From: a virus
Lineage: Duplodnaviria; Caudoviricetes
Length of the DNA stretch: 32,284 nucleotides
IMG/VR virus record: IMGVR_UViG_3300025652_000290
Span: 1 to 32,284 of that record
Reading direction: 5' to 3' (one strand)
A model generated the notes under the pieces. It had not been told where the DNA came from. It was given only the letters and a program-made list of their open reading frames with translations, and ran no database searches. This document shows, piece by piece, positions 10,477 through 18,903 of the stretch. Each line of letters opens with the position of its first letter. The first letter of the stretch is position 1. The position numbers and the translations under genes were made by a program.

Positions 10477-11394
10477 TTATGAATTAAAAAATGTTGCCAC
10501 ATCAATATCTTCGTAATTCGTGATCTTTGATTGTTTATCACTCTTTACGCCTACTTTCTTTTGGACATTGACAGGCACAGATGGTTTTGCTTTTACAGGA
10601 GTTTCTACTTTCGGTTTATCAAAACTCATGACTTTGTAGGCTTCTTCCAGCGTTAGTAATCTTCCAGACTCTTCGTGGGCGTTTATTGCATAGTCTAATA
10701 CTTCCTGGACTTGCTCACTTTTTAACGAATATTGTGCTTGGAGATTGGACATCGACTGGTCTAAAACCTTTTCAGCTTCCATCATTTCTACTTTTTCCCT
10801 TGCTTCTGTTAATTCAGATTCAAAGGGATTCGGAAGATCCTTGTTTTCCATCTTTAGGGACTGTTCAAACAGTTGCCCTGCTTCTTCACCAAGTTCATCT
10901 TCAATCGCTTCTTGAAGCGTATCTCTGAACTCTTCCGATTTGTTTAGTTGTTCTACTAATTGAACCAAAGGCTCTACAGCCCTACGCTGATCTGCTACTT
11001 CCTGGGCTTTCTCCGTATTGGATTTGCTCCATTCGTGGCGATTATCAGCATCCTTTTTCCAGGACTCTATATCTTCAACAGTGAATTGTTCGCCATCTTC
11101 TGTTTCGTAGTATGATGTTTCCTCTTCACCATCAGATAGTTCCTGTTGTGGTTCATTAGGTTCTTCTGTTTCGGCTGGTTCTACTGACTCTGTGGTCACA
11201 GCCTGTTCTGTATTCGATTCCTGTTCTGATTGCTCTCCCAAGAGTTCCCCAGGGATCGGAATATTGTCGTAGTCATCCGTAGAGGGTTGTACTTCTCCCA
11301 CTGTTGGATCTCCACTAAAATTTCCCACCTGTATCTGTTCAGATTCTGGTGTTACTTCTAAATTTGTTGTTCCTACTACATTTATTTTTGACAT
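10477..11394 (-). CDS. Capsid scaffolding protein
   Basis: Very acidic N-terminus, coiled-coil middle (TEKAQEVADQRR), LEEAYK motif; directly upstream of the capsid gene. Confidence 0.75.
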   Translation of the reverse strand: MSKINVVGTTNLEVTPESEQIQVGNFSGDPTVGEVQPSTDDYDNIPIPGELLGEQSEQESNTEQAVTTESVEPAETEEPNEPQQELSDGEEETSYYETEDGEQFTVEDIESWKKDADNRHEWSKSNTEKAQEVADQRRAVEPLVQLVEQLNKSEEFRDTLQEAIEDELGEEAGQLFEQSLKMENKDLPNPFESELTEAREKVEMMEAEKVLDQSMSNLQAQYSLKSEQVQEVLDYAINAHEESGRLLTLEEAYKVMSFDKPKVETPVKAKPSVPVNVQKKVGVKSDKQSKITNYEDIDVATFFNS

Positions 11395-11407
11395 ATTGTT
11401 ATCCTTT

Positions 11408-11427
11408 CAGTTGGTCTTTCGACACTG
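11408..11427 (-). promoter_or_regulatory. GAAA-tetraloop hairpin abutting the scaffold RBS
   Basis: Minus strand CAGT-GTC-GAAA-GAC-CA-ACTG followed by AAAGGA and the ATG at 11394. Confidence 0.45.
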
Positions 11428-11436
11428 GTTTTGAGT

Positions 11437-11486
11437 AAAAAAAAAGCCCAATGATCGCCAGGGTGTCCTGGGTAATCACTGGGCTT
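11437..11486 (-). terminator. Intrinsic terminator upstream of scaffold/capsid
   Basis: Minus strand AAGCCCAGTGATT-AC-CCAGG-ACAC-CCTGG-C-GATCATTGGGC followed by T9. Confidence 0.75.
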
Positions 11487-11524
11487 CTTTGTTAAAGATT
11501 GTCCCTATATTTTTATGAGTTACT

Positions 11525-11653
11525 TTATTCTTTTAGCTTAATACTTTTCCTTTCATTGATGTTCGCTACACCACCTTCAAAAAAATTAATTTCAATTTTT
11601 CCTGTAAACTTTTTTGCGATCTTTAATTGCAAATATGTAAATAACTTTCTCAT
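11525..11653 (-). CDS. 42-aa micro-protein, DUF2292/YezD-like
   Basis: Not in the ORF track. MRKLFTYLQLKIAKKFTGKIEINFFEGGVANINERKSIKLKE; ATG overlaps the oxygenase stop (TAATG). The pattern F.G.IEI.F..G.V..I....SIK resembles DUF2292. Confidence 0.6.
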   Translation of the reverse strand: MRKLFTYLQLKIAKKFTGKIEINFFEGGVANINERKSIKLKE

Positions 11654-12135
11654 TACTTTGTTGAAAAAAACATTAATAAAACACACCGTTTTCCAGCGTG
11701 TTGAGTTACCTTATGTTTCATAGGGTTGTTAAACTTTCCTGCTGAATACAATACACCATTTAAATAATGGTCTTTAATCTCAAATTCTTTTCCCTCTTGC
11801 TCAAAAAACAAATTGCCACCCTCAAATAAATTATTAGGGCTCAATAGCAGAGTAGATCCATAATTACACCATGCCATATGATTGTCTACCAGTTTCCCAT
11901 CTTCTTCTTTGCATCCATCGTAATGCCATTCATGTCCTTTTGGTCGTGTTTCTATTCTCCAATAGCTTGGACTTGTTAATACCAATTCCTGGTTATCTAA
12001 TTCCGATTGATACACTTTTGCTACCTTTTGTATGCTTTCATGAGAAAAGTCAGAATACATAGCCCCAGATTTCCCCATATCCTGGAGATCTTTTGCTTCG
12101 GTAGGGGTAAGTATGCCAGAAATAACCTGGATCAT
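11653..12135 (-). CDS. 2OG-Fe(II) dioxygenase (prolyl-4-hydroxylase-like)
   Basis: HxD (WHYDG), FEGGNLFF, distal His (MKHKV) and Arg (GKRCVLLMFF). Confidence 0.85.
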   Translation of the reverse strand: MIQVISGILTPTEAKDLQDMGKSGAMYSDFSHESIQKVAKVYQSELDNQELVLTSPSYWRIETRPKGHEWHYDGCKEEDGKLVDNHMAWCNYGSTLLLSPNNLFEGGNLFFEQEGKEFEIKDHYLNGVLYSAGKFNNPMKHKVTQHAGKRCVLLMFFSTK

Positions 12136-12236
12136 TAATATCCTTTTGATTTTGACAATGCTTTCTTGTACTCCTTCATTCCTGCTTTTGTGTATTTAAA
12201 CTTCTTTGTTTTCCCTTTCATTTTTAGTTTTGGCAT
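12135..12236 (-). CDS. 33-aa Lys-rich micro-protein
   Basis: Not in the ORF track. MPKLKMKGKTKKFKYTKAGMKEYKKALSKSKGY; SD AAGGA upstream; stop overlaps the oxygenase ATG. Confidence 0.65.
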   Translation of the reverse strand: MPKLKMKGKTKKFKYTKAGMKEYKKALSKSKGY

Positions 12237-12273
12237 TGTGTTATCCTTTTGTTAAGTGATGGGCAGAAAAACC

Positions 12274-14172
12274 TCAAGCCCTGGGTTGATCCATATTTGG
12301 ATCTTCTCCCTGCCCACCAACCAATCCTGCTACAGTGATAATACGATCCTGTATTTCACCTGGTAGTTGTTGAAAATCTGACGTTTCAGCCAAAGCTGGG
12401 TTTGCCATTATTAATTGTGCTAATTGTTCTTCTGCTGGTCCTCCCATTCCTTCCTGCATAATAGCTTCAATTAACATTCCTAACTGCTGTTGAAGTTCTT
12501 CTGCTTGTTGGACTTGTTGCTGTGGGGGAACCATCTGGTTACGAACATACCAATTCTGTATGATGTCCTGTTTATCGCTTACATTGAGAGCATTAACAAC
12601 CTCTTCAATACCATAGATCCCTGCCTGGTAAAATTCCATTGCTCGTTCTTCGTTAGCGACTCTGCCTTGTGCATATCTGGATCCATTGGTAACATCTATA
12701 TCAAATTCACTATCAGCTAATCGCTTGGCTGTTCCAGGATTAAACTCTGGTGTGCCTTCTTCGTTTCCATCTGCATCATAGACAGCCATTGGATTGTACT
12801 CTGTAAACTCAAATGATCCTTCTGCATCTCGTTGCCTAATAGATTTAATCTCTTCATCAAAGGTTAAGATCATCTGCACCATGTACTCACCTATTTCTTT
12901 TGTAAGTCTGGATACATCTTTGTTTATCTTGTGTCGTATTCTGGTCTGACTGGCTTCCTGCAAGGCTACAATGGCTCTACCAGACAAATCTTTTTCACTG
13001 CGACCTTGTGTGACATCATTTACACCAGTAATTCTTTCCATAAACTGACCAACCTGGGCAATATAATTCTGTATATATCCTGAAATTGGAGGAGGTGACT
13101 CAAACGTAACATCGCTTGGATCTACTACAGTTATTTCTTCTCCAGGGGCTCCTGTTATTGGTCGAGTTAATTGACCTTTGGCTCGTTGGGTTACTTTCCG
13201 AATTGGAAACCCCATACGCCTAATATTTTCATTAATAGCACTAAAGGTTTCATTCATCGCTTTGGTCTGTGTCCGAACATTTTCTGTTTCAGCCATACCC
13301 CAAAAATTGTGTGGTGATTTATAGTTGGATATCATAAATACTGGCATCCTGTATAATTCTAATGGTTCATCAACAATTAGTTTATCATTGACAATGACCG
13401 TATGTCTACCATTTGGATATTTTTCTTTATCAGATTCGTTACTGTAGCATTCAATAACCAATGCCATATCATAATCAGACTCTGCATTTGCACTTTCTAT
13501 TCCCCCATTATCCGTTACCTTTTGGTACGCTCTATAATCATCTAACTTTCCATCTGCACTTACCTTGATACCAAACTCCCTATAGATTCTGGTAGTTTCC
13601 ATAGGTACAGCAAACATAAAGTATTCTCCTGCTTTTAAATCTAATTCAGTAGCATAAGGATGAGGGACCACCGTAAAGGGATCAATTACTTGTATATCAA
13701 ATCCTTTAAATACACCTTCCTCTGTTAAAGATGGCAAGATCTGTAAGAATCCATTGGAGTAGATTAAACTATCTTTTACTGCCTGGAGGATCTGACCATA
13801 TAAATCGGTTTCTTCTACAATCTGTTGAAATCTTTTCTGCATCATTTCAGCAAAGAATATGTCGTTCTTTTCTCGTGGCATTACATCCACTGTAGGCTGA
13901 AAGTCATTAATGATAGGAAGAATAGTCTCTACAACAGCAAGAGGGAAATTAAAGATCATCCTGGACTGGCTTTCTGTTCCCTTGCTTGGGGTTGCCCAAT
14001 GCCTCCCATAGTACAATCGTTCATTTTTACGCCATCGATCTACCTGGGATGCTCTGGCTTTCTTGCTTTTATCTAACCAGCTACGAACCTGGGGTATTCT
14101 TTCTGATGCATCGGCTACTTGGTCCAATGCTTGTTCCTGGTCTAATGCTGGGTAATAGTCTAATCCTGCCAT
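12274..14172 (-). CDS. Portal protein (P22/SU10-like)
   Basis: 632 aa after TerL. Motifs RLYYGRHW, IDPFTVVPHP, FWGM, ITGVNDVTQG, SGRAIVALQE, EFDIDV and a Gln-rich C-terminal barrel region. Confidence 0.9.
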   Translation of the reverse strand: MAGLDYYPALDQEQALDQVADASERIPQVRSWLDKSKKARASQVDRWRKNERLYYGRHWATPSKGTESQSRMIFNFPLAVVETILPIINDFQPTVDVMPREKNDIFFAEMMQKRFQQIVEETDLYGQILQAVKDSLIYSNGFLQILPSLTEEGVFKGFDIQVIDPFTVVPHPYATELDLKAGEYFMFAVPMETTRIYREFGIKVSADGKLDDYRAYQKVTDNGGIESANAESDYDMALVIECYSNESDKEKYPNGRHTVIVNDKLIVDEPLELYRMPVFMISNYKSPHNFWGMAETENVRTQTKAMNETFSAINENIRRMGFPIRKVTQRAKGQLTRPITGAPGEEITVVDPSDVTFESPPPISGYIQNYIAQVGQFMERITGVNDVTQGRSEKDLSGRAIVALQEASQTRIRHKINKDVSRLTKEIGEYMVQMILTFDEEIKSIRQRDAEGSFEFTEYNPMAVYDADGNEEGTPEFNPGTAKRLADSEFDIDVTNGSRYAQGRVANEERAMEFYQAGIYGIEEVVNALNVSDKQDIIQNWYVRNQMVPPQQQVQQAEELQQQLGMLIEAIMQEGMGGPAEEQLAQLIMANPALAETSDFQQLPGEIQDRIITVAGLVGGQGEDPNMDQPRA

Positions 14173-14173
14173 G

Positions 14174-14323
14174 TTATTTCCTTGATGCTATGCTGTTTGC
14201 AACCAGGTTAGGATATTTCCATCCTTTACTGGCACTTAATTTTTTTGCATATGCTTTTTGTGAAGGGGTAAGTTTCTTGCTCTTTTTCTTCGGATTCTTT
14301 TTATCCCAAAATGCTTTTTTCAT
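14174..14323 (-). CDS. 49-aa Lys-rich micro-protein
   Basis: Not in the ORF track. MKKAFWDKKNPKKKSKKLTPSQKAYAKKLSASKGWKYPNLVANSIASRK; ATG overlaps the TerL stop and the ORF fills the TerL-portal gap. Confidence 0.7.
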   Translation of the reverse strand: MKKAFWDKKNPKKKSKKLTPSQKAYAKKLSASKGWKYPNLVANSIASRK

Positions 14324-15633
14324 TAATAATTGTCCCATTCTGGTTGTGTGTTATCTGCATCCACAACAATGTTATCAATAAACTTCATGGTGTCTGTCCT
14401 GGTGTCTGGTCTGGTTGCACTATCTACAATCTCACCTATCATGTATCGTAAAGCATCAACAGCATGATCATCTTTCTTTAATGGTTTCTCTGGAGCGTTT
14501 AGATCTGCCCTGGATGCACTGGGTTGCTCCCACTGATAATTGATTAATTCTCTTCGTAAGTTTTCGCAGGACCTGGTAATAAACATCTTATTGGTTTTAA
14601 TGCAGTTGGTTACTTTATCGATCCCACCTTGAACATCGTTGTTTGCTCCTACAACAGGGATATGTAATTGTCTGTAGCGATTCCCTATTGTCTCTGGATC
14701 TCCTTGCTTCCCTGCACCTGTACTCGGATCAATAACATACGTCTCATATCTGCCTTCATTTAAGTGAGCCTTCAAAGCCCTGGCATGATAGTCTACATCT
14801 TGACCTGCTTCGTAATGCTCTCTATAGATCCAGATCTTATCATCCTGGTCTACTGCACCCCACAATACTGCTGTTGGGTTTGTTCTTCCATGATCAATAG
14901 CAATAAACCTTCTCCAACCAGGATCTGGCATAAAATCATTTACAACATGGACACTTGGCTCAAAGTCGGGATAGATCTGACCTTCAAAAGCATCCCAGGA
15001 TCCATATAAATATCGATTCACCCAGATCTCATTGTAGTTGTTCATTAGACTGTCTACATAACCAGCAGGTAGGTTTGCAATATTCTCTTCGGTCTTTGCA
15101 TTAAAAATAATGTTCCCAGGGACTGGATCATGTATAAATCGATGCCATACCCAATTATGTCCTAATGGGTTGCCTGTTATCCAGCACTGTGGGTTTGATA
15201 CAGCCCTTAAACGACCTAATAACGTAAGGAAAACCTCTTCGCTAACCTCTTCAGCCTGGTCAATATAAAACCAGCCTAAATTGATCGATAATAACTTGGC
15301 TGGATCATCCAATGATCGAAAGATAATCTCGTGACCATTCTTAAAAATACATCGGTTTTCTTGCTTCTTGTATTCGTAATGGACTCCTGGTAAGAATCCC
15401 ATTAAATGCAATAATTCAAAGAAGGTACGCTGGGTTGAATCTCGTAATTCTGGGTAGGTCTGTCTGGCAATCATACCTAATTGTGGGCTATGATTTCCAT
15501 CAACGACTCGCAGGATCCCTTTTAAGATCCCTGCAAATGTTTTCCCATTACCGATTCCACCAAAGAATGCGATTACTTGATCTTCGCACTGCATGAAATC
15601 AGCTTGGTTTGGATTAAGTTTTATGTCAGCCAT
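14323..15633 (-). CDS. terL: Terminase large subunit
   Basis: Walker A GGIGNGKT, Walker B-like WFYIDQAEE, coupling motif TGNP, nuclease acidic residues IDHG and DDHAVDALRY. Likely start ATG 15633 (track extends to 15678). Confidence 0.95.
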   Translation of the reverse strand: MADIKLNPNQADFMQCEDQVIAFFGGIGNGKTFAGILKGILRVVDGNHSPQLGMIARQTYPELRDSTQRTFFELLHLMGFLPGVHYEYKKQENRCIFKNGHEIIFRSLDDPAKLLSINLGWFYIDQAEEVSEEVFLTLLGRLRAVSNPQCWITGNPLGHNWVWHRFIHDPVPGNIIFNAKTEENIANLPAGYVDSLMNNYNEIWVNRYLYGSWDAFEGQIYPDFEPSVHVVNDFMPDPGWRRFIAIDHGRTNPTAVLWGAVDQDDKIWIYREHYEAGQDVDYHARALKAHLNEGRYETYVIDPSTGAGKQGDPETIGNRYRQLHIPVVGANNDVQGGIDKVTNCIKTNKMFITRSCENLRRELINYQWEQPSASRADLNAPEKPLKKDDHAVDALRYMIGEIVDSATRPDTRTDTMKFIDNIVVDADNTQPEWDNY

Positions 15634-16018
15634 CGTCTGCCAATGAAATATTAATAACAGGCATTTGGACTTCACCATCTACTTGGTGCTTATCAGTAAA
15701 CATCGCCAGGTGCTTTCCCTGGAGTTCCGATGCTTTTAAAGAAATATTATATTGCTCTTTCCCCTCTGATAATTGTCTGACTCGCTCTATGTCATTCAAT
15801 ACTTTATCGGCAGTTAATTTTACTCTCTTCTCTCTCTCTAATTTTAATCGACTAATCTCTTCTTGTATAACAAGTTTAGACAAGTTTTCTGATGCTATTC
15901 TATTTGCTGTTTTTTCGCTGTACCCTGCTCGTATACACGCTTGTGTTGCGTTTAAGTCTATCAAGTATTCTTTACAAAACATCTGCTGTTTATCGGTTAG
16001 TTTAGGAATATCCAACAA
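15626..16018 (-). CDS. terS: Terminase small subunit
   Basis: LTDKQQMFCKEYLIDLNATQACIRAGYSEKTA...ASENL and LKASELQGKHLAMFTDK match the Terminase_2 pattern; TTG start with SD AGAGGT. Confidence 0.93.
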   Translation of the reverse strand: MLDIPKLTDKQQMFCKEYLIDLNATQACIRAGYSEKTANRIASENLSKLVIQEEISRLKLEREKRVKLTADKVLNDIERVRQLSEGKEQYNISLKASELQGKHLAMFTDKHQVDGEVQMPVINISLADDG

Positions 16019-16127
16019 TAACCTCTATAGGTACATATCCAGCTTGTAAAGCACTAATAGCAAGATGTGCCCAAAGTTCCTGGACATCATCAAATTCGTT
16101 AAAAGCATAATCAACCTCAACAATCAC
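16002..16127 (-). CDS. 41-aa hypothetical protein
   Basis: Not in the ORF track. GTG start overlaps the upstream TGA; MIVEVDYAFNEFDDVQELWAHLAISALQAGYVPIEVIVGYS; overlaps the terS start. Confidence 0.5.
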   Translation of the reverse strand: MIVEVDYAFNEFDDVQELWAHLAISALQAGYVPIEVIVGYS

Positions 16128-16288
16128 ACTTGATCCCAGTCTGGCTGGGGATCTGTTTCTTTTTTATTTAAATTAAGTTGTGGCACTATGGATTGATCGG
16201 ATTGTCCTCGCTGATACACATAAGCACCTAAAAAAAAAGCACAAAGAACAGTGATCCCTTGTACCAAATATAAAATAATAGCATTCAT
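16124..16288 (-). CDS. 54-aa single-TM membrane protein
   Basis: Not in the ORF track. MNAIILYLVQGITVLCAFFLGAYVYQRGQSDQ...WDQV; TAATG coupling and GGAG SD. Confidence 0.6.
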   Translation of the reverse strand: MNAIILYLVQGITVLCAFFLGAYVYQRGQSDQSIVPQLNLNKKETDPQPDWDQV

Positions 16289-16590
16289 TATTGCTCCAAA
16301 TTTGTATCAGTATCATTATTTATTGCTGTGACTTTCTTGCATTTAGGACAAATTTCTTTTGGCTTCCCATAATGAGGAAAATCAACATAGTAATATTGTG
16401 GTCCTTCTTCTTTACTAAAATTTCTATTATTATGATTCCATTGCCATACAGTTCTACACTTTGGACAGCTAATTAACTGATCCAGTATTTTTTTATTCTT
16501 AACTTTTTTGGTATAGTTTACCTGCTTCATGTAATTGTCTGCTGTACCTATCTCTGTTGCCTGTAAAATCTCAAGGATAAAATCGTTCAT
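16288..16590 (-). CDS. Zinc-ribbon protein (CPKC...CPKC), 100 aa
   Basis: Two CxxC motifs; ATGA overlap with the replication gene. Confidence 0.6.
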   Translation of the reverse strand: MNDFILEILQATEIGTADNYMKQVNYTKKVKNKKILDQLISCPKCRTVWQWNHNNRNFSKEEGPQYYYVDFPHYGKPKEICPKCKKVTAINNDTDTNLEQ

Positions 16591-17576
16591 ACTGCATATC
16601 CAAGTTTTTCTAATATTTGCTGATCGGTCATTAATACTTCTCCTCTACTTTCTTTTCCTTTCCTTTCATATCCTATCTTATCCTGCGACTTTCTGGTATC
16701 AGAAACTATTTTAGATGGATTGTCTTTTGCTTTCATTGTGTTGTACTCATAGGGCTTCATAAACTGGTCACCACACTCACAAAATGCATCGTTAGATGTA
16801 ATCTCTCCCTGGACTTCTTTCACCTTGTCACAGCCATAACAAATGTATTTAACTTTCTTTATTTCTTTTTGGATCTCTGGTGCTTTGACCTGGGCATCTT
16901 TATCCCAACTGAATGCAGTCATGTTCATCTTCCAGGTTGCCATCCTTCGCTTCATATCAAAGACCTTTTCCATTTCCCATCGCATCTTCTTTCCTCCTTG
17001 ATTTGTTGCACCCCAATGGTTGTTAAACTTTCGTTGTTCTACTTCTGGTAACCCTTGTTCCTTGCCCACTTTTTTTATCTGTTCTACAAATTTTAATTGT
17101 CTATCTTTGAGTGTGAGTGGTGATGCTTTTTTAGCATCGCCTTTTTTCTTATTAGTTTTATTAATCTTATTATCTTTTATTATAGTAGTGTCACTCACTG
17201 TCATAGCTGGTGTGTCACTCACTGTCATACCTACTGTGTCAGTAACTGTCCCTTCTTGGCTCTGATATTTCTCATAATTCATGATTTTCACGAGGGTAAA
17301 CCCAAAATCTGTATGTGTGTCAATCATTGTGTCAGCTTTTAGACGATTCATAAACTTTACTACCGTATTCTTTGCCATACCCCATCTCTCACCCAACTTG
17401 CGATAAGAAGAAGGAAACTCACCTCTTTTGATCGTTACGATCTGATCTTTGTATGGTTTTTTGACCTCCGAATAGTTCGCCATCATCAACATATCCAACC
17501 ATGCTTTTAGGTATTTAGGATCCTCCCATAACCAATGATTTCTTATCTGCTTTTGTAAACTAATCCAACCCCTCAT
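16587..17576 (-). CDS. Phage replication initiator (winged-HTH N-domain, C-terminal Cys cluster)
   Basis: GWISLQKQIRNHWLWEDPKYLKAWLDMLMMANY...RGEFPSSYRKLGERWG...IMNYEKYQ is the typical replisome-organiser N-terminus; internal direct repeats. Likely start ATG 17576. Confidence 0.8.
   Translation of the reverse strand: MRGWISLQKQIRNHWLWEDPKYLKAWLDMLMMANYSEVKKPYKDQIVTIKRGEFPSSYRKLGERWGMAKNTVVKFMNRLKADTMIDTHTDFGFTLVKIMNYEKYQSQEGTVTDTVGMTVSDTPAMTVSDTTIIKDNKINKTNKKKGDAKKASPLTLKDRQLKFVEQIKKVGKEQGLPEVEQRKFNNHWGATNQGGKKMRWEMEKVFDMKRRMATWKMNMTAFSWDKDAQVKAPEIQKEIKKVKYICYGCDKVKEVQGEITSNDAFCECGDQFMKPYEYNTMKAKDNPSKIVSDTRKSQDKIGYERKGKESRGEVLMTDQQILEKLGYAV
17188..17334. repeat. Iteron-like direct repeats, probable replication origin
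   Basis: GTGTCACTCACTGTCATA at 17188 and 17212 (24-bp period); degenerate third copy GTGTCAGTAACTGTCC at 17236; TGTGTCA at 17316 and 17328; AT-rich tract at ~17142-17185. Confidence 0.7.
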
Positions 17577-17953
17577 AGTGGAAACTCCATGTATCTGTAG
17601 AACCACTTCCTATGTGACTCCTGGTTATTCTTTGCTGTTTCTACTGCCAAGCATATCACCTCTTCATTTTCATAAGGATAATATGCGATTATGTCTTTCG
17701 GTGCATAATAGACTGCGATAACATCTATGTTGCTACCTACATATTTTTTTAGGCTTACTTCAATGCTCGATTTATGCCTTTTCTGCTTGTTTCTATACTT
17801 CACTTGAACTCTCTTAAGGCTCTTCCCTGTATCCACGACCATATCCACACCTACATCATCCACGATAGGTTCGTATACTGAAAATCCTTTATTCATCATC
17901 AAGTCTTTCTTGACACATTGCTCACCTACCCATCCTATTCTTTTCGTATTCAT
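17573..17953 (-). CDS. PD-(D/E)XK endonuclease (PDDEXK_5-like)
   Basis: IG..GE..V...L...GF.V..P......DMVV......RVQVK...ID.IAVY pattern. Confidence 0.75.
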   Translation of the reverse strand: MNTKRIGWVGEQCVKKDLMMNKGFSVYEPIVDDVGVDMVVDTGKSLKRVQVKYRNKQKRHKSSIEVSLKKYVGSNIDVIAVYYAPKDIIAYYPYENEEVICLAVETAKNNQESHRKWFYRYMEFPL

Positions 17954-18276
17954 CTTTCTTGAAAATTGTATTTAAAGTTTTCTTGTTCAACATCGTGCAA
18001 CACATCTCTTAATTTCTCTGCACCAACACAATGATCGTAGGTAGGAAAAAAATATTGCCAGGTTCCCCCTGCCATATTGATATGATAGAAAAATGCAATC
18101 CCTACTTTCCCTGTATTTTTTTTAAACTGTACATAAGCTGTAGACTCGCTTAATGGATGAATGCTTTTTACTTGAAAGGTTTCTTTCATAACATTCTTTT
18201 CTCGGTCTGGTCTACTAAAATTATATGCAACCTTTTCTGCTTTTTCCCTTAATGTAATTGCAACTGCTTTTCTCAT
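17950..18276 (-). CDS. Hypothetical protein (108 aa)
   Basis: ATGA-coupled on both sides. Confidence 0.6.
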   Translation of the reverse strand: MRKAVAITLREKAEKVAYNFSRPDREKNVMKETFQVKSIHPLSESTAYVQFKKNTGKVGIAFFYHINMAGGTWQYFFPTYDHCVGAEKLRDVLHDVEQENFKYNFQER

Positions 18277-18464
18277 ATCTTATCTACAACTTCCTTTACC
18301 ATCCTGGTCATTCTTAAATTGCCCATTTTAGCTTGATTATGCCTGTCGCAGATAACTTGTATGGCGTGTAATTTTGTAGCCAGGAGAGCAATATTTTGTT
18401 TTAATTCAGCGTTTTTCTTTTCCAACTCATCTACCTGGGATCTTTTTACAAATGGAAATGGCAT
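18273..18464 (-). CDS. Hypothetical coiled-coil protein (63 aa)
   Basis: Coupled ORF with heptad pattern. Confidence 0.55.
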   Translation of the reverse strand: MPFPFVKRSQVDELEKKNAELKQNIALLATKLHAIQVICDRHNQAKMGNLRMTRMVKEVVDKI

Positions 18465-18871
18465 TACTCCACTCCCTTCAGCTGAACTACTGTCCTGGGT
18501 TTGCTGGAATATTTTTTAATTGTTTTTAAATGACAGATCTGGCTATCATCTTTATAGAATACACCATTCAATGCATCCAACACTAACTTTACATAGTTAT
18601 CTATATCAGCCCTGGATGTATTCCATATCGGTGCAGAACTTTTTAATAAATGAGAATGTTGTCCTGTTCTAAAATGTGCCTTTGGTCTGCCGACATAGAA
18701 CTCGATGGACATAGAGATCGGTCCATATACAGGAGATTTGGGGGCTGTTTTTAAGGCTTTTTTTAAAAAAGTGTCTTTATCGCTCTTTGAAGGATCATAT
18801 GTAAATCCTTTGCGAGTATGCCTGTGTCTTTTTAAGGCTACAGGTGAGCCTTCTACAGTAAATTCTATCAT
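18464..18871 (-). CDS. rusA: RusA-family Holliday junction resolvase
   Basis: ADIDNYVKLVLDALNGVFYKDDSQI catalytic motif and KKYSSKPRT C-terminus. Confidence 0.92.
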   Translation of the reverse strand: MIEFTVEGSPVALKRHRHTRKGFTYDPSKSDKDTFLKKALKTAPKSPVYGPISMSIEFYVGRPKAHFRTGQHSHLLKSSAPIWNTSRADIDNYVKLVLDALNGVFYKDDSQICHLKTIKKYSSKPRTVVQLKGVE

Positions 18872-18903
18872 TGTTTTTCCTTTGGTATGTGGATACCAGG
18901 GTA

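Noticed and set aside
17188-17252. CRISPR-like or mini-array
   Set aside because: Repeats are 18 bp with 6-bp spacers, in frame within a replication gene, with no cas genes; better explained as iterons.
18878-18901. Hairpin TGGTAT-CCAC-ATACCA next to the rusA RBS
   Set aside because: Only a 6-bp core stem with no U-tract; could be chance, so not called as a regulatory element.
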